Both the position numbers and the translations under genes were made by a program. From Azolla caroliniana (lineage: Eukaryota > Plantae > Polypodiophyta): a stretch of DNA of 64,000 bases. A model generated the notes under the pieces. It saw only the letters and a program-made list of their open reading frames with translations, was not told where the DNA came from and ran no database searches. Below, piece by piece: positions 11,809 through 23,800 of the stretch; position 1 is the first letter of the stretch, and each line of letters opens with the position of its first letter. The DNA is taken from NCBI GenBank assembly GCA_043228905.1, contig JBHGNT010000011.1, positions 21,080,001-21,144,000 of the forward strand, in the 5' to 3' direction.

Positions 11809-13030
11809 TAATAATAGTAAGTATCTAATAGAACAACTGCACATTTGTGACAATGTGAGAGAGGGAATCATAATACTATCAACGAATCTATTCTTATTCT
11901 TCGTTTTTTACAACCTTCCAACCTAGGCAGGAACATCTATGGTTTGGATGCTTCACAAATGATACATTGATAGTTGTTAAGGGCATTTCACCTAATGGGT
12001 GCGTTTCTTATTTTGAGGTCCTAGACAACAATAGATTGCAATCTTATACCTTTGATTGTAGTTATCTACAAGACTTGCGAAGTGCACCAGTTAGAGTGGT
12101 TGCTAAAACTGGAAAGAAATGGATCCTTGATCCTTATCCATCAATTGCTCATATGTGTGATATCCTGTTGCAAGATTAACATGGGATCCGGGGGGGTGGC
12201 TTTGGTCACACTCCTTGGGGGAAAAGATCGTAAAGCTCCCCTTCTTTCGGTACGCAGTAAAACTTGGAAGATCATTATTGCTCCCTCCGAATGTAACGAT
12301 ACCAGCAACTCAGAGGACCAATTGGCGTGTCTCCACTATGCATTTGAGAACTTACTGGAAATGGATATGGTCATACAAGGGGCCAACTAAATTTATTCTC
12401 TTTCCATGGCTATTAGTGCATATGGCACTACCAGTTGGTCATTCATTGAAAGGGCATGTAGCACCCAATTTGTGGCAATGTGGCTTTTGCCATGAACCTG
12501 AGGAGACTACCAAGCATGTGTTATGGTCTTGTTCTTTTGCTCAACAAGTATGGAAGAAAGTCATGTCTTTATTCCTAACAATCAATGTAGGTTGCTTATT
12601 CTCATGGGGATCAGCGATGTGGGGAGTATTACATTCCTACTTGATGTTGTATGAGGCAAATGATGTTCATGAGGCAATGACAATACATAATAGAAGATTG
12701 ATATTAGTTAGTCCCTTCCAACAACCTCGAAAGCAGGTGCAATCTGTCCAAATTTGGAAAATTGTGACAACAATAATGTTATGGGCATTATGGAAATATC
12801 GATGTAACCGACTTTATGATGCGGTAGACATTCATCTTTCAGATGTGTTGTTTGAGATATGGGAGAACTTGCTGGCAGTAGTTTGTGGCCAGTATGACAT
12901 GCAGTGTTCCCTAGATACTGCGAACAAGAAAAGGAAAAAGCATCTTCACTTATGGAAAAAGGTGCCCCTATTTACAATGTCAACTCAAGAGCCTCAATGG
13001 CAAGATCGACTTCCATGGACTCTTTCTTGA
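11809..13030 (+). mobile_element. L1-type LINE 3' fragment (zf-RVT region)
   Basis: WKWIW...PTKFILFPWLLVHMALP...CGFCHEPEETTKHVLWSCSFAQQVW is the zf-RVT signature. Confidence 0.85.
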
Positions 13031-13972
13031 ATATTAACAAATGTAAACATCCTTTATAAAGTTCGATACTGGGTCTTAGGAGTATTTTACATCATTGTAT
13101 AAGAAAAGTTGTAAGCTCCTTGGTAGCTAGGTTCAAATTGTAGCCTTCGAGCCTTTTGTTCTTAATACTATTGGAGAAAATCTTTATAAAAAATATATAT
13201 ACTATCAACGAATCTCCAAAATGGATACAAAATTTATAATTGGAAAGTGGAAACACATGTTTAGGTAATATCACACTATTTGAAATTGGCAATCTAATTG
13301 TCCAATGGTCATCTTGACGCTAGTTTTAAAATATTTTAACATGGATTAATTATTGTTTTAAAATATTTCAAAAGTTTGGAAACATTTTCAAGATAGATTA
13401 TCATTTATTGTAAAGACCTTCTTCAAGACAACTCAAAAAAGATACATCGTTAAACATCTGTATATGCTGGAAAGTCAGTAGTTTTAAAATACAAAGTTCC
13501 AAAATAGATTTATCATTTACTGTAATGACCTTCAAGACAAAGCAAAAAAGATAGATGTCCACACATTTTGTAAAGTCAGTAGTTTTTAAATACAAAGTTT
13601 TATGTGAAAAGTGGGAGGTTCTTATCGAACAAATATTTGTTTTTTTGTTTTTTTTGTTTTTTACCAATGAGGTGTCAATTGCAATTGTTAACTACTAGTA
13701 TATATAAAATTTAGTACACATGCATTTTAGATGACAATTGGTCAACATAAACATCACGATTAGACATATGGAATCATGTTAATATGGTACTCATTGATGG
13801 CAACAAGTGAAATACATATGTAACATTTGAACACCAATACTCGTGCATCAACAACTCTTGCAAGGTTAAAATGCATGTAGCCTTTTCAACACCTTGTAGA
13901 TACAAGCACATAAATACAAAACACTAGTGACACATGCATTGACATTATTGCAATTTGCAATCAAGAAATCAA

Positions 13973-14773
13973 TCAAATAGGGCTTATTTGCAAGTTGTGA
14001 TTTGGTGTTGTGATATTAGATATTGTTTCTAGAAATGATTGGAGGCCAAACAAGGACGAGGGACAAATTGCACGAACGCTATAAGCTTGTTCACGGAGGG
14101 TGTTGCTAGATGGCAAACGCATGAGAGAGGATATGGCATCGTCGAACTCGGCACACGTGGGCGAAGGTGGAAGGGAACCTATCCCCATCTCGAGAATGTG
14201 CACAAGGCTCCAACAATTGGTGCGTTGGTCAAGCAACTGGGGCCAACCAATGATGGGGACACCTGAGGTGATGGTCTCAAGGGTCGAGTTCCAACTGCAA
14301 TGCATAAGGAAGCCACCGACGGATGGGTGCGAAAGCACTTGAACCTCGGGTACCCATTTGACCACTTTCCCATAAACGTGTAAACCAACAAGTTGAGCTA
14401 CAATTTCATTAGTGAGGGTTGCAATGCCATGCAAGACCCAAAAGAAGGGTTGGCTCGAGTGCAACATGAGGGCGGCTGCTAATTCTAAGGCTTCATGGGG
14501 CATAAATTCATATAGGCTGCCCATAGATATGTATAAAACCAACAAGGGTTTATGAAGGCTCAACCAATCAATGCAATCCATCTCTTCGTCCAAGAGGCTA
14601 GTGCTACTAGGACCTCGAGTAGAGGAGTTTGGACATGTTGTAGTGTGATTAGTGTTGTGTGGTGGCAAGACTACGAGGGGCCCAATGGGGAAGATATTGG
14701 CTTTCATCTCATCGCAGAGTGCCCTGTACACTTGGCTCTCTAGGTTCGGGAAGGAATTGAAGATCACGCCTAT
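13973..14773 (-). pseudogene. UGT half-gene (C-terminal part of exon 2, followed by a duplicated 3' flank ~13655-13972)
   Basis: The PSPG box is degenerate (PEVQ, HCSWNS), exon 1 is absent, and it is a tandem copy of the intact gene's 3' ~1.1 kb. Confidence 0.85.
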
Positions 14774-15085
14774 TTGTTTTTTACCAATGAGGTGTCAATT
14801 GCAATTGTTAACTACTAGTATATTTAGTACACATGCATTTTAGATGACAATTGGTCAACATAAACATCACGATTAGACATATGGAATCGTGTTAATATGT
14901 TACTCGTTGATTGCAACAAGTGAAATACATATGTAACATTTGAACACCAATACTTGTGCATCAACAACTCTTGCAAGGTTAAAATGCATGTAGCCTTTTC
15001 AACACCTTGTAGATACAAGCACATAAATACAAAACACTAGTGACACATGCATTGACATTATTGCAATTTGCAATCAAGAAATCAA

Positions 15086-16974
15086 TCAAATAGGGCTTAT
15101 TTGCAAGTCGTGATTTGGTGTTGTGATATTAGATATTGTTTCTAGAAATGATTGGAGGCCAAACAAGGATGAGGGACAAATTGCACAAACGCTAGAAGCT
15201 CGTTCACGGAGGGTGTTGCTAGATGGCAAGCACATGAGAGAGGATATGGCATCGTCGAACTCAGCACGCGTGGGCGAAGGTGGAAGGGGACCTATCCCCA
15301 TCTCGAGAACGTGCACAAGGCTCCAACAATTGGTGCGTTGGTCAAGCAACTGGGGCCAACCAATGATGGGGACACCTGAGGTGATGGTCTCAAGGGTCGA
15401 GTTCCACCCGCAATGCGTAAGGAAGCCACCGATAGATGGGTGCGAAAGCACTTGAACTTGGGGTGCCCACTTGACCACTTTCCCATCAACGTGTGACCCA
15501 ACAAGCTGAGCTACAATTTCATCAGCGAGGGTTGCAGTGCCACGCAAGACCCAAAGGAAGGGTTGGCTCGGGCGCAACAGGAGGGCGGCTGCTAATTCTA
15601 AGGCTTCACGGGGTGTAAATTCATATAGGCTACCCATAGATATGTATAAAACCGACGAGGGTTTATGAAGGCTCAACCAATCAATGCAATCCATCTCTTC
15701 GTCCAAGAGGCTAGAGCAACTAGGACCTGGGGTGGAGGAGTGTGGACATGGTGTAGTGTGATTAGTGTTGCGTGGTGGCTGGACTACGAGGGGCCCAATG
15801 GGGAAGATATTGGCTTTCATCTCATCGCAGAGTGCCCTGTACACCTGGGTCTCTAGGTCCGGGAAGGAATTGAAGACCACGCCTAGGGTTTCATCCAAGA
15901 CCTCCATCTGTTTGGACACGTGGAATCTCATCCACTCAGCGCTCCTCTCACCGTCTGGCGTGTGGAAGGGCAGATCCGAGCCGCGCAGCTCTGCTATTCC
16001 AGGGATGCAATCCCGGATCCTTATCTGCTCTCTCTTTGGTCCGGTATAGACTGCATAGCAATCCATAAACGCTTATTACTACGTATTTGATTATTGATAT
16101 ACATAAATGAAGTGCAATGAGTGTGTTCACGATTGGTAATGGTTTGATTACCCTCTTCGGAGAAAGGATCCACAGGAGCAATGTGGGCGGTGATCTTGCT
16201 GTAGCTGTAGGCACATGCAAAGGTGGCCATGGAATTCGGCCAGAATGCGAAGCGCGGGATCTCGTATTTCCGAGCCAAACCATGGGACCACACAAGGAAC
16301 GAGTCGGAGATGATGCATGTGATGTAGTCGAAGGGAGGAAAGTCGATCGCATTGCCTCCCGAATCAATATTAGAGGCGATTCGATCGAACCCGGAACCAT
16401 CCTTAGGGTTACTAGGATCATCGGTGCTTGGATTGATGATAATAGATGGAGGAGGAGTACTAGGGCGGCGGAGAATTGTGGCGAGAAGGAGGTCAAAGGA
16501 AGTAGGGAGCGCGGTGTCGATGGACATGATGACATCGAAATCCATGGGATCCCGGTTATGAGACGGCGGGAGGCCATCGGAGATACCCACCAGGAAAATC
16601 CGGTCATTTTCCGATGTCTTCTTCAGTGAGTCGGGCGAGGCCCCGGCCACATCCTTGCCCACGTTCTTAACATGATGATCCTTCGCATTATTAGAGATGA
16701 TGCAAGCCCTCTTTGTCCTCTGCAAGCGTGACACATTGAATTCAGTCGTCACGAACGTGACAAAGACTCCGGACGACGCTAAGAGAGTGGCCATTCTTAG
16801 GAGCGGAGTTATGTGGCCTTGCAGTGGGTAGGCCAACATGACCACATGCGGCACCACCCCATGGCTATAGCCAGATTTGTGAACAGAGCTATTATAATCA
16901 CTGGCTTCCACTGTAATTGCAGATCCAACCATTCTTGCCGGGCCTGACGACTTTATGTCTTCTTCGCTAACCAT
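15086..16974 (-). CDS. UDP-glycosyltransferase, copy 2, 595 aa; exons 16974-16152 and 16050-15086
   Basis: All overlapping ORF translations are identical to copy 1 at offset 12535. Confidence 0.93.
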
Positions 16975-17545
16975 AGCTTGTGCTCCGTTTTACCTACCAA
17001 AAATCTGCCCTTGGAATCTTCAGCTTGTTATAAGAGATGGCCCAATAAATTTAGGGTTTGTGAATTTATGTTAAGCAGCTGTCCGGAGATGATTGTAAAT
17101 GACCTCGTCTCGCAATAATAATTGAGGAAATCTCTACCTGATTATCTCATCTCTTCTTCTTCTCTACACTCACTCTCTCTTCTTGAGGCAAGGAATTTGA
17201 GGACCGGTCCCTAACCTCGTTTTCATGCTTGATTCATGGTAGTTGTAAATGATCACCTTGTCTTTTACTTATATGGATAAACTAATGAATAAGTTGTTAC
17301 TTCGTTTTATTATTAAAAGAATATTTGTAAATGCATCGTAGAGTGACCCTCATATGAAAACTTGACAATTGTAAATAAATAAATAAATAAATACTTGACA
17401 ATTGAGGAACCCCTTTCCATTAAAATAACTTAATAGTGCATAATACATATGATGACCTCTACAGGTATTATAACCTATCCTCTTCATGACGTATCAATGT
17501 CTTCTAAAGGTATAGCCTACCCTCTTCATGACGTATCCACGTTTT

Positions 17546-17700
17546 CATGACACATTGATGAAGCTACGTATTTGCTTTGATTACTCATTGCGTGACATGA
17601 CACATCAATGAAGCTACATATTTGCTTTGATTACTCATTGTGTGACATGACACATCCATGAAGCAACATATTTGCTTTGATTACTCATTGGGTGACATGC
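17546..17700. repeat. 50-bp tandem repeat, 3 units
   Basis: catgacacat..atgaagctac.tatttgctttgattactcattg.gtga occurs three times. In copy 1 the Gypsy inserted at the end of the first unit (5100/5101). Confidence 0.85.
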
Positions 17701-18299
17701 AAGCAGCCACACATGACCGACAAGATAATATGCAATGTCTCCAACCATGTCAATCCATGGATCGAGAGATGGATTACCCTCATCCAAGGGTGTACATCGC
17801 TAATTGTTTTGTCATTTTCTTCTTTTCGCCGACCCTCCATTTTTTATGCACAAATATGACAAGGACGGGGTCATAGTGGGGCAGGAATGGTCTCCGTCAC
17901 CATCAAGTGAACCACCCACCTTACATATCGTCTAAACTTTATACTAATGACCATAGTTTTTATGGCAATCAATATTGATATTGATATTGTTGCATTATTA
18001 CTTGTGAGCCAACTCTTGTGGACTATCGATTTGTTAACCTTGACAATTTTGAACCAACATAACCAACGTTTATTGACGACTATCACTATGAGTACTAATT
18101 TAGATACAATTGGAAATGCTAGGTTACGGTAGCCATTACAAAATTCATAAAAATTGTGGCAATGCGCAAAATCATTCCATTTTTTAACTTCGAATATTTG
18201 GCACAATGATTGTGTTTGTTTTAATAAATCCTAAATACAAGTCTCTTTTACGATGAGTGATCAAAACTTATGCCCTCCTTGTGGTTGTCATTTGTTCTT

Positions 18300-19500
18300 G
18301 TTAGCGCGCATCCCTGAAAGTCGTCCAATTTAACATTGGCCTTCGATGCGTGTAGGTTGTAGCCAAGTAGAATACATATCTATTTCAACGAGAGATTGAA
18401 ATAAGGACCCAATATGTTCACAATGAAAGAGGAGGAAGACATTTAAGCAAGATCAATAAAAGATGAAGAATTCTAAACCAAATAAATGGTAACGAGGAGA
18501 ATGCATTAATGTGAGTGATGCGCACAACAAATCCCAATGGGGAAGTGCAGTGGAGAACATGTGGCTCCAGGGCTTCAATGCCACTTACATACGGAGCATT
18601 GCATAAAAATAGTAAAGGAATCTTGTTATAGGGCCACCACGCCCATCATAGGATGCACCAATAGATTCCGCAATGCTCAGTGAGATTTTTCCACAAACCA
18701 AACTATCACAAATCATGAAAGATTTCAAAGTTCGCACATTATATCACATATGTTGCACCAAGCTTCAGGACCATCTCTTTCTTTGAATTGAGAAACCACT
18801 CTCACTAACAATGGTAGAACACATCCCTTTGTTTGTTGCCCACACCATTGTTGATGTTCTCTTTGACGTGAGAGGCAAGGGATCGTGGCGTGAGTGAGAA
18901 TATTTGTTGACTATGCTTTATTTTGCCTCGAAACAAGTTTGGGCCATTGTTTTCTTAAACAATGCATTGCATTTGACCACATTTGAGTTTGCTTTCCACA
19001 CATTTGTCAATCTTGCCCACTATCTACACAATCCTCTCACAACCCCATTGTGCACACATGATTGCAATATTTATTAGTAAAATTCCCCAATCAACATTGA
19101 GCATCATTGCTTAATTCAAACAGAATATTTTAAAAAAGGTTTGCTTTAGGTCTAGTAGGTCATATGGCCTCCCACGATCATAATAAAATATATCTCTAGA
19201 TGTGTCGATATCTTCCTTACCAAATCTCACATTTTGTCAACAAACAATTTCTAACAATTCATCTCTATTGAATTGAGGATATTTTTATCATTCAAAATAT
19301 TGACAATGTTTTTCCATAAAGACATTTCGAGTGATGGATGTACATTTGACATTTACAAGTATCATATGGTTCATTCAATGTCCTATATATTTTAATAACA
19401 AGCTACTTATATTTTGTCCAAATTGGAACTTGTATTTCTCCAGTTACATACAACGTTGCCCTTTATGTTACCTAGAGGGGTATATTTGAAACACATAGCT
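18300..19500 (-). mobile_element. Highly decayed L1-like remnant
   Basis: Broken minus-strand translation gives zf-RVT-like GPEAWCNIC. Boundaries are approximate. Confidence 0.35.
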
Positions 19501-20699
19501 TTTATATTTGGAAAATCATAAACATTTATATTAAATTATATATTTTTGGTTTATGCATTGATTTTTATCATTATAGGGAGGCCTTTTATTTTTATTATTG
19601 AGTTCTATGTTTAATATATTTCCTAAAGGTACTTTGAAAATAACCTTCCACCGTGTCCTTGTCTTTCCATTATTTGCCTATTGTAGTTCATCCCCTTTTT
19701 CTTGACTAGATGACTAAATCTTCCAAACTTTCCCCTCGTTAGGGGCTTAAGTGAGGATGTTTTGAGAATGATCAAAAACTTGAGTGGCACTTTGTAGAGC
19801 ACAAAAAAACATAGATGGCATTTTAGAGTTTTTTTCCGTAGGCAGTAAAGTACATTTAATATTGGGGATGCATTTGAAATAGCTTATAAAAACTACACAC
19901 ACACACACATTGTAGGTACGTTTGACTCATTTGAGTTTGTGATTAAAGAAGCCAAGGAGTAGGAACTTGCTATGGTGACTTGAAATCGGAATTGAAGATA
20001 TGGCACCCATGTTGTACTCAAGCATAAAAGCGAGGTTGTAAAAAAATGTGCAAGCCACACGCATTTTACCCTTGTTGATAGAGAATGAGACAATCTTGTA
20101 ATAATATTATTTTTTAGGGTATCATGTGAGTCATATTATTGGTCTCCACAAGAGATGATAACAAATACATAATATATGATATGATTATAGTATCCTTCTA
20201 CAGAGTGTGAAGAGTCCAAGATTGACAATATCATCGGGGGGGAGGGGGGGGGGGGGGGCTGTCTCTAGTTGGAAGGATAATTTTATATCATAAACATGAT
20301 CAAGTTGTAATAAGGATGAAACTCATCCAAAAGAGCTCAAAGGGTAATTAACCAACAATACTATCACCGGTAGTAAAGTTCCTTGAACCATCCGGCTATG
20401 GATAAGAGATCCTACTATTGTTGAGCGGTCAAAGGATTGTTTGGCCGACCAGAAAGGCCAGCCAATGATGGTTTCGTGGACATAGGACGAGGTGTTATGG
20501 TATGGTCACACTAACTCACTCAGAAAGGTCGTAAAAACTGAACATTCTTAGAAGTTAGAACTAGGGTATGTTGTGTTGTATTGCGCCTTAAATGTTTTGT
20601 TTTTTTACATAATGCATTTACAAATTTGCGAGGTGGGCACCATTTTATCCATTTGCTGCTGAGCTGAGCTGAGCTGAGCTTAAACCTTCGATACAGAAA

Positions 20700-20866
20700 G
20701 AAGGAAGCGAGATGAAGACGACGAAAAAATAGGAAAGAAGGAGAAAGAAGAGAAGAAGCGGAAGCAGAAGCAGAAGCAGAAGCAGAAGGAACAGAAAAAG
20801 AGAAAGAAAGAAAGAAAGAAAGAAAGCGAGAGAACAAGAAGCGAAGTAATTAGAAGAGAAGAGAAG
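20700..20866 (+). repeat. Purine-rich microsatellites (GCAGAA)n and (GAAA)n in the PNP1 5' region
   Basis: Directly visible repeats immediately upstream of the ATG. Confidence 0.8.
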
Positions 20867-23800
20867 ATGATGGTCGCTGGACTATGGCGATCTCCTCTCT
20901 CATACAGCACTCCGTCTTCATCATTATCATCATCATCATGTCATACCTATTCCCGCATCTTCCCCTCCTCTCCAGCTTCTATGTCGAATTTCTTTGCTCC
21001 TCTTCTAGAGAGGTACATTAAAGGGATTGACTGGACAATGTCAGTAGTGACAGCAGATAAATTAGAATCTGGTTCTTCTTCACTGAAGATCTCTGCAGAG
21101 AGTCCAGATGTTTCCCAAAAATCTACAAATGGACACTTGCTTCAGCCAATCTCTGTTTTGATACCTTTTGGAAATCGACAGGTATGTCTTCTTCCAGTAA
21201 TTTCGTGATTGTTTAATTAAAAAACGTGATAATTTTGTTATTTTCTTCTAGTTAATTCAATGCATTGCCATAAAAAAAGATCGTCAAATAAGAAAAGCTA
21301 TCAATTTGTTTTCTTCTTCTAGTTATTGATAGTAATTTGATGTATTTCTGAGAAAAAAACTTTTGAATAAGAAGCTGTTGAATGCTGTTTCTCGTCTTCT
21401 CTTTCTTCTTATGTAGATAACAGTAGAGACGGGACTCATTGGTAGACAAGCAAGTGGTGCTGCGACTGTCATTGATGGAGAGACGGTATGTTTTTATGTG
21501 CTTTATGATTCAAAATAATTATGCTCTAATCATGCATTAGGGTCAAAATTATGGCTAGAGATAGAGATGGTATACGTTGTGAGCATCATGTATAATGATG
21601 CAGTGATTTTGCATTAGGAGTCAACATTATGTTTAGTGATAGAGTAGTTTTGGTATATAAAGGGGTCAGTTACTCATTTTCATTTATTAATTCAATAATT
21701 GTCCCATAGTAGGGTTTTGGTATATAGAAGGGTTAGTTAATATTTTTCATCCATAGTTTGGAGAGATATTGTGGGGACATAACCTGGGTTTTGGTATATA
21801 GATTGTTGGCTACCTTTTTGCAGTGATGCTGATTCTATTACATATGGAGAGACAGTAATTTGCAAGCAAGAGTAACCAAATATTAATCATGCCTTGAATG
21901 CCAAATTAAGGCTAGAGATCAGAAACATGTATGACCAGACATGTAACTATAGTTCCTTATGTTTTCGGCTTTAGAAGTTAGATAAAACGTAGAAATAGGA
22001 TCTATTATGAAGTCGTTGACCAATGTTCCTCTAAAGTTTTGACAACTACGGGCTGGACATAAAATAGGGTTTCATTATATAAATGATTAATACCTTTTTG
22101 AACCCATAATCTCGACAAGCTACAGTTATGATGCTATGTCCTAAACACAACCTAGGTTTTTGGTATAAGCGGCTACCTATCATTTTGCACTCTTTCCTAA
22201 TCTCTTTTATAATTGTCATCATTGATAGTTGCAATGGTTGGCTATGTCTTGAAGTGCATGAACCACTCACATGATTCATGCCATTTGCCTGAGTGTGCCA
22301 TATGGGATGCCTACTAGACATTGCTAGGAGGATTAGGAGTTGTTCTGGGGGTTATTCAATTAGGAGAAGACTCATACTTTAGTCCTGTCCTTGTTTAACA
22401 CCTCAATTATTGTTTTGTAAATTTAAGTACATCATTAGGATCAATCCCTCATTACATTATAACTATGTTTGGCTTTTTGGGTCTAAGCATAAGGCTTATG
22501 CCTAATGAAGATTTATTTGGCTGCCTTAGATGGTGTATGCCACAGCTTGCGCTTCTGAGGAAGAATGCGAACCAACTGACTTCATTCCACTTTCAGTTCA
22601 CTATCAAGAGCGTTACTCGGCTGCTGGCAGAACAAGGTCAGTTATAAATAACATAAATGCCACTTACACTTAGGTTAACTCTCCACCGAGGGTTTGAAAT
22701 GTGTTGTATTGATTGCAGTGGAGGCTTCTTTAAGCGAGAAGGAAGGGCGAAAGATAATGAGGCAAGCTACTGAGGATATTTCTGTGTTTAAATTCTGTTC
22801 TTTCCTGTTCTTTAAAAATTGAGTCTCTGCTCAAGAATTGTAACTTTTTTCTCCTCAAATGAGCAAACTGGAGCAGAAAGATAGTGAACGTTAGTTCTCT
22901 AGTGACTTCCTCTGACAAAACAGTTACCAATGTATAGTTGTGGCACAAACAAAATACAATGTGGCCAGATGATGTACCTAGGACACAACTATATATGTCA
23001 GTGCATCAATGAGACTGAGTATGTAAAACATGTCATATGATGTATCTACACAAGTTTGGGAAACCACTCTAATTCCTTTCTTTAAAATCAAAATAGTGGC
23101 TAAATGATACTAGTCCATCTTGATCTTACGAGTAGAAGGATAAGAAAAACGAAAAGAAAAACGAAAAGAAAAGAAAAGGATAGAAAAGAAAGAAAGAAAG
23201 ATATATTAACGTCTTTTAAGAGGCCAAAATGGCCTATAAGACCAAACAAGAGATTGCATCTTAAGTGTTGTCTCGTCTTTGAGAACAACAAATCAAAATA
23301 AATTAAATATTACTCAGTAAATATTAAAGTAAATAAGATAGAAAGAGACTAAAGAATCTGGTTTTCGGCACATGTGAGATTCTCAAGTTAGATATATTGT
23401 AACTTTTGTCTTCAAAAGATCTCTAGCATATGTCGATCCAGAATGGAGAGGTCTCCCAAGCAAGGGAAGCACCTGCGATGGTGGGAGATAATGGCCTTTA
23501 TCTATTGATGACAAGGGTGTTGAGGTCATGGTCTGTGGGTCCGGGGCCTACGTGCATGACAAATTGCTATCGCCCGATCTATTGTAACCCCTTTGTTATG
23601 TACTGGTTGGGAGTCTCATTGATTGACTTGTAGCATTAATAGGAGGGATGGGGGTAAAGAAAGTTGTGATTGTTTTTTGTGGATGAGCTTGTGTGGCTGT
23701 ACTATTGTCCTTCAACAACTTTTCCCTATGTCTCGAGTTCTAACAAGCAAAGTCCTAGGCACTGTTGGTCCTCATATTCCATTACCTTGCATAGTGGGCC

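Noticed and set aside
17546-17700. Repeats resembling a CRISPR array
   Set aside because: Head-to-tail 50-bp units with no unique spacers, in a eukaryotic context with no cas genes.
20236-20258. Poly-G run as a functional G-quadruplex upstream of PNP1
   Set aside because: A simple homopolymer with no supporting evidence, and its length is error-prone.
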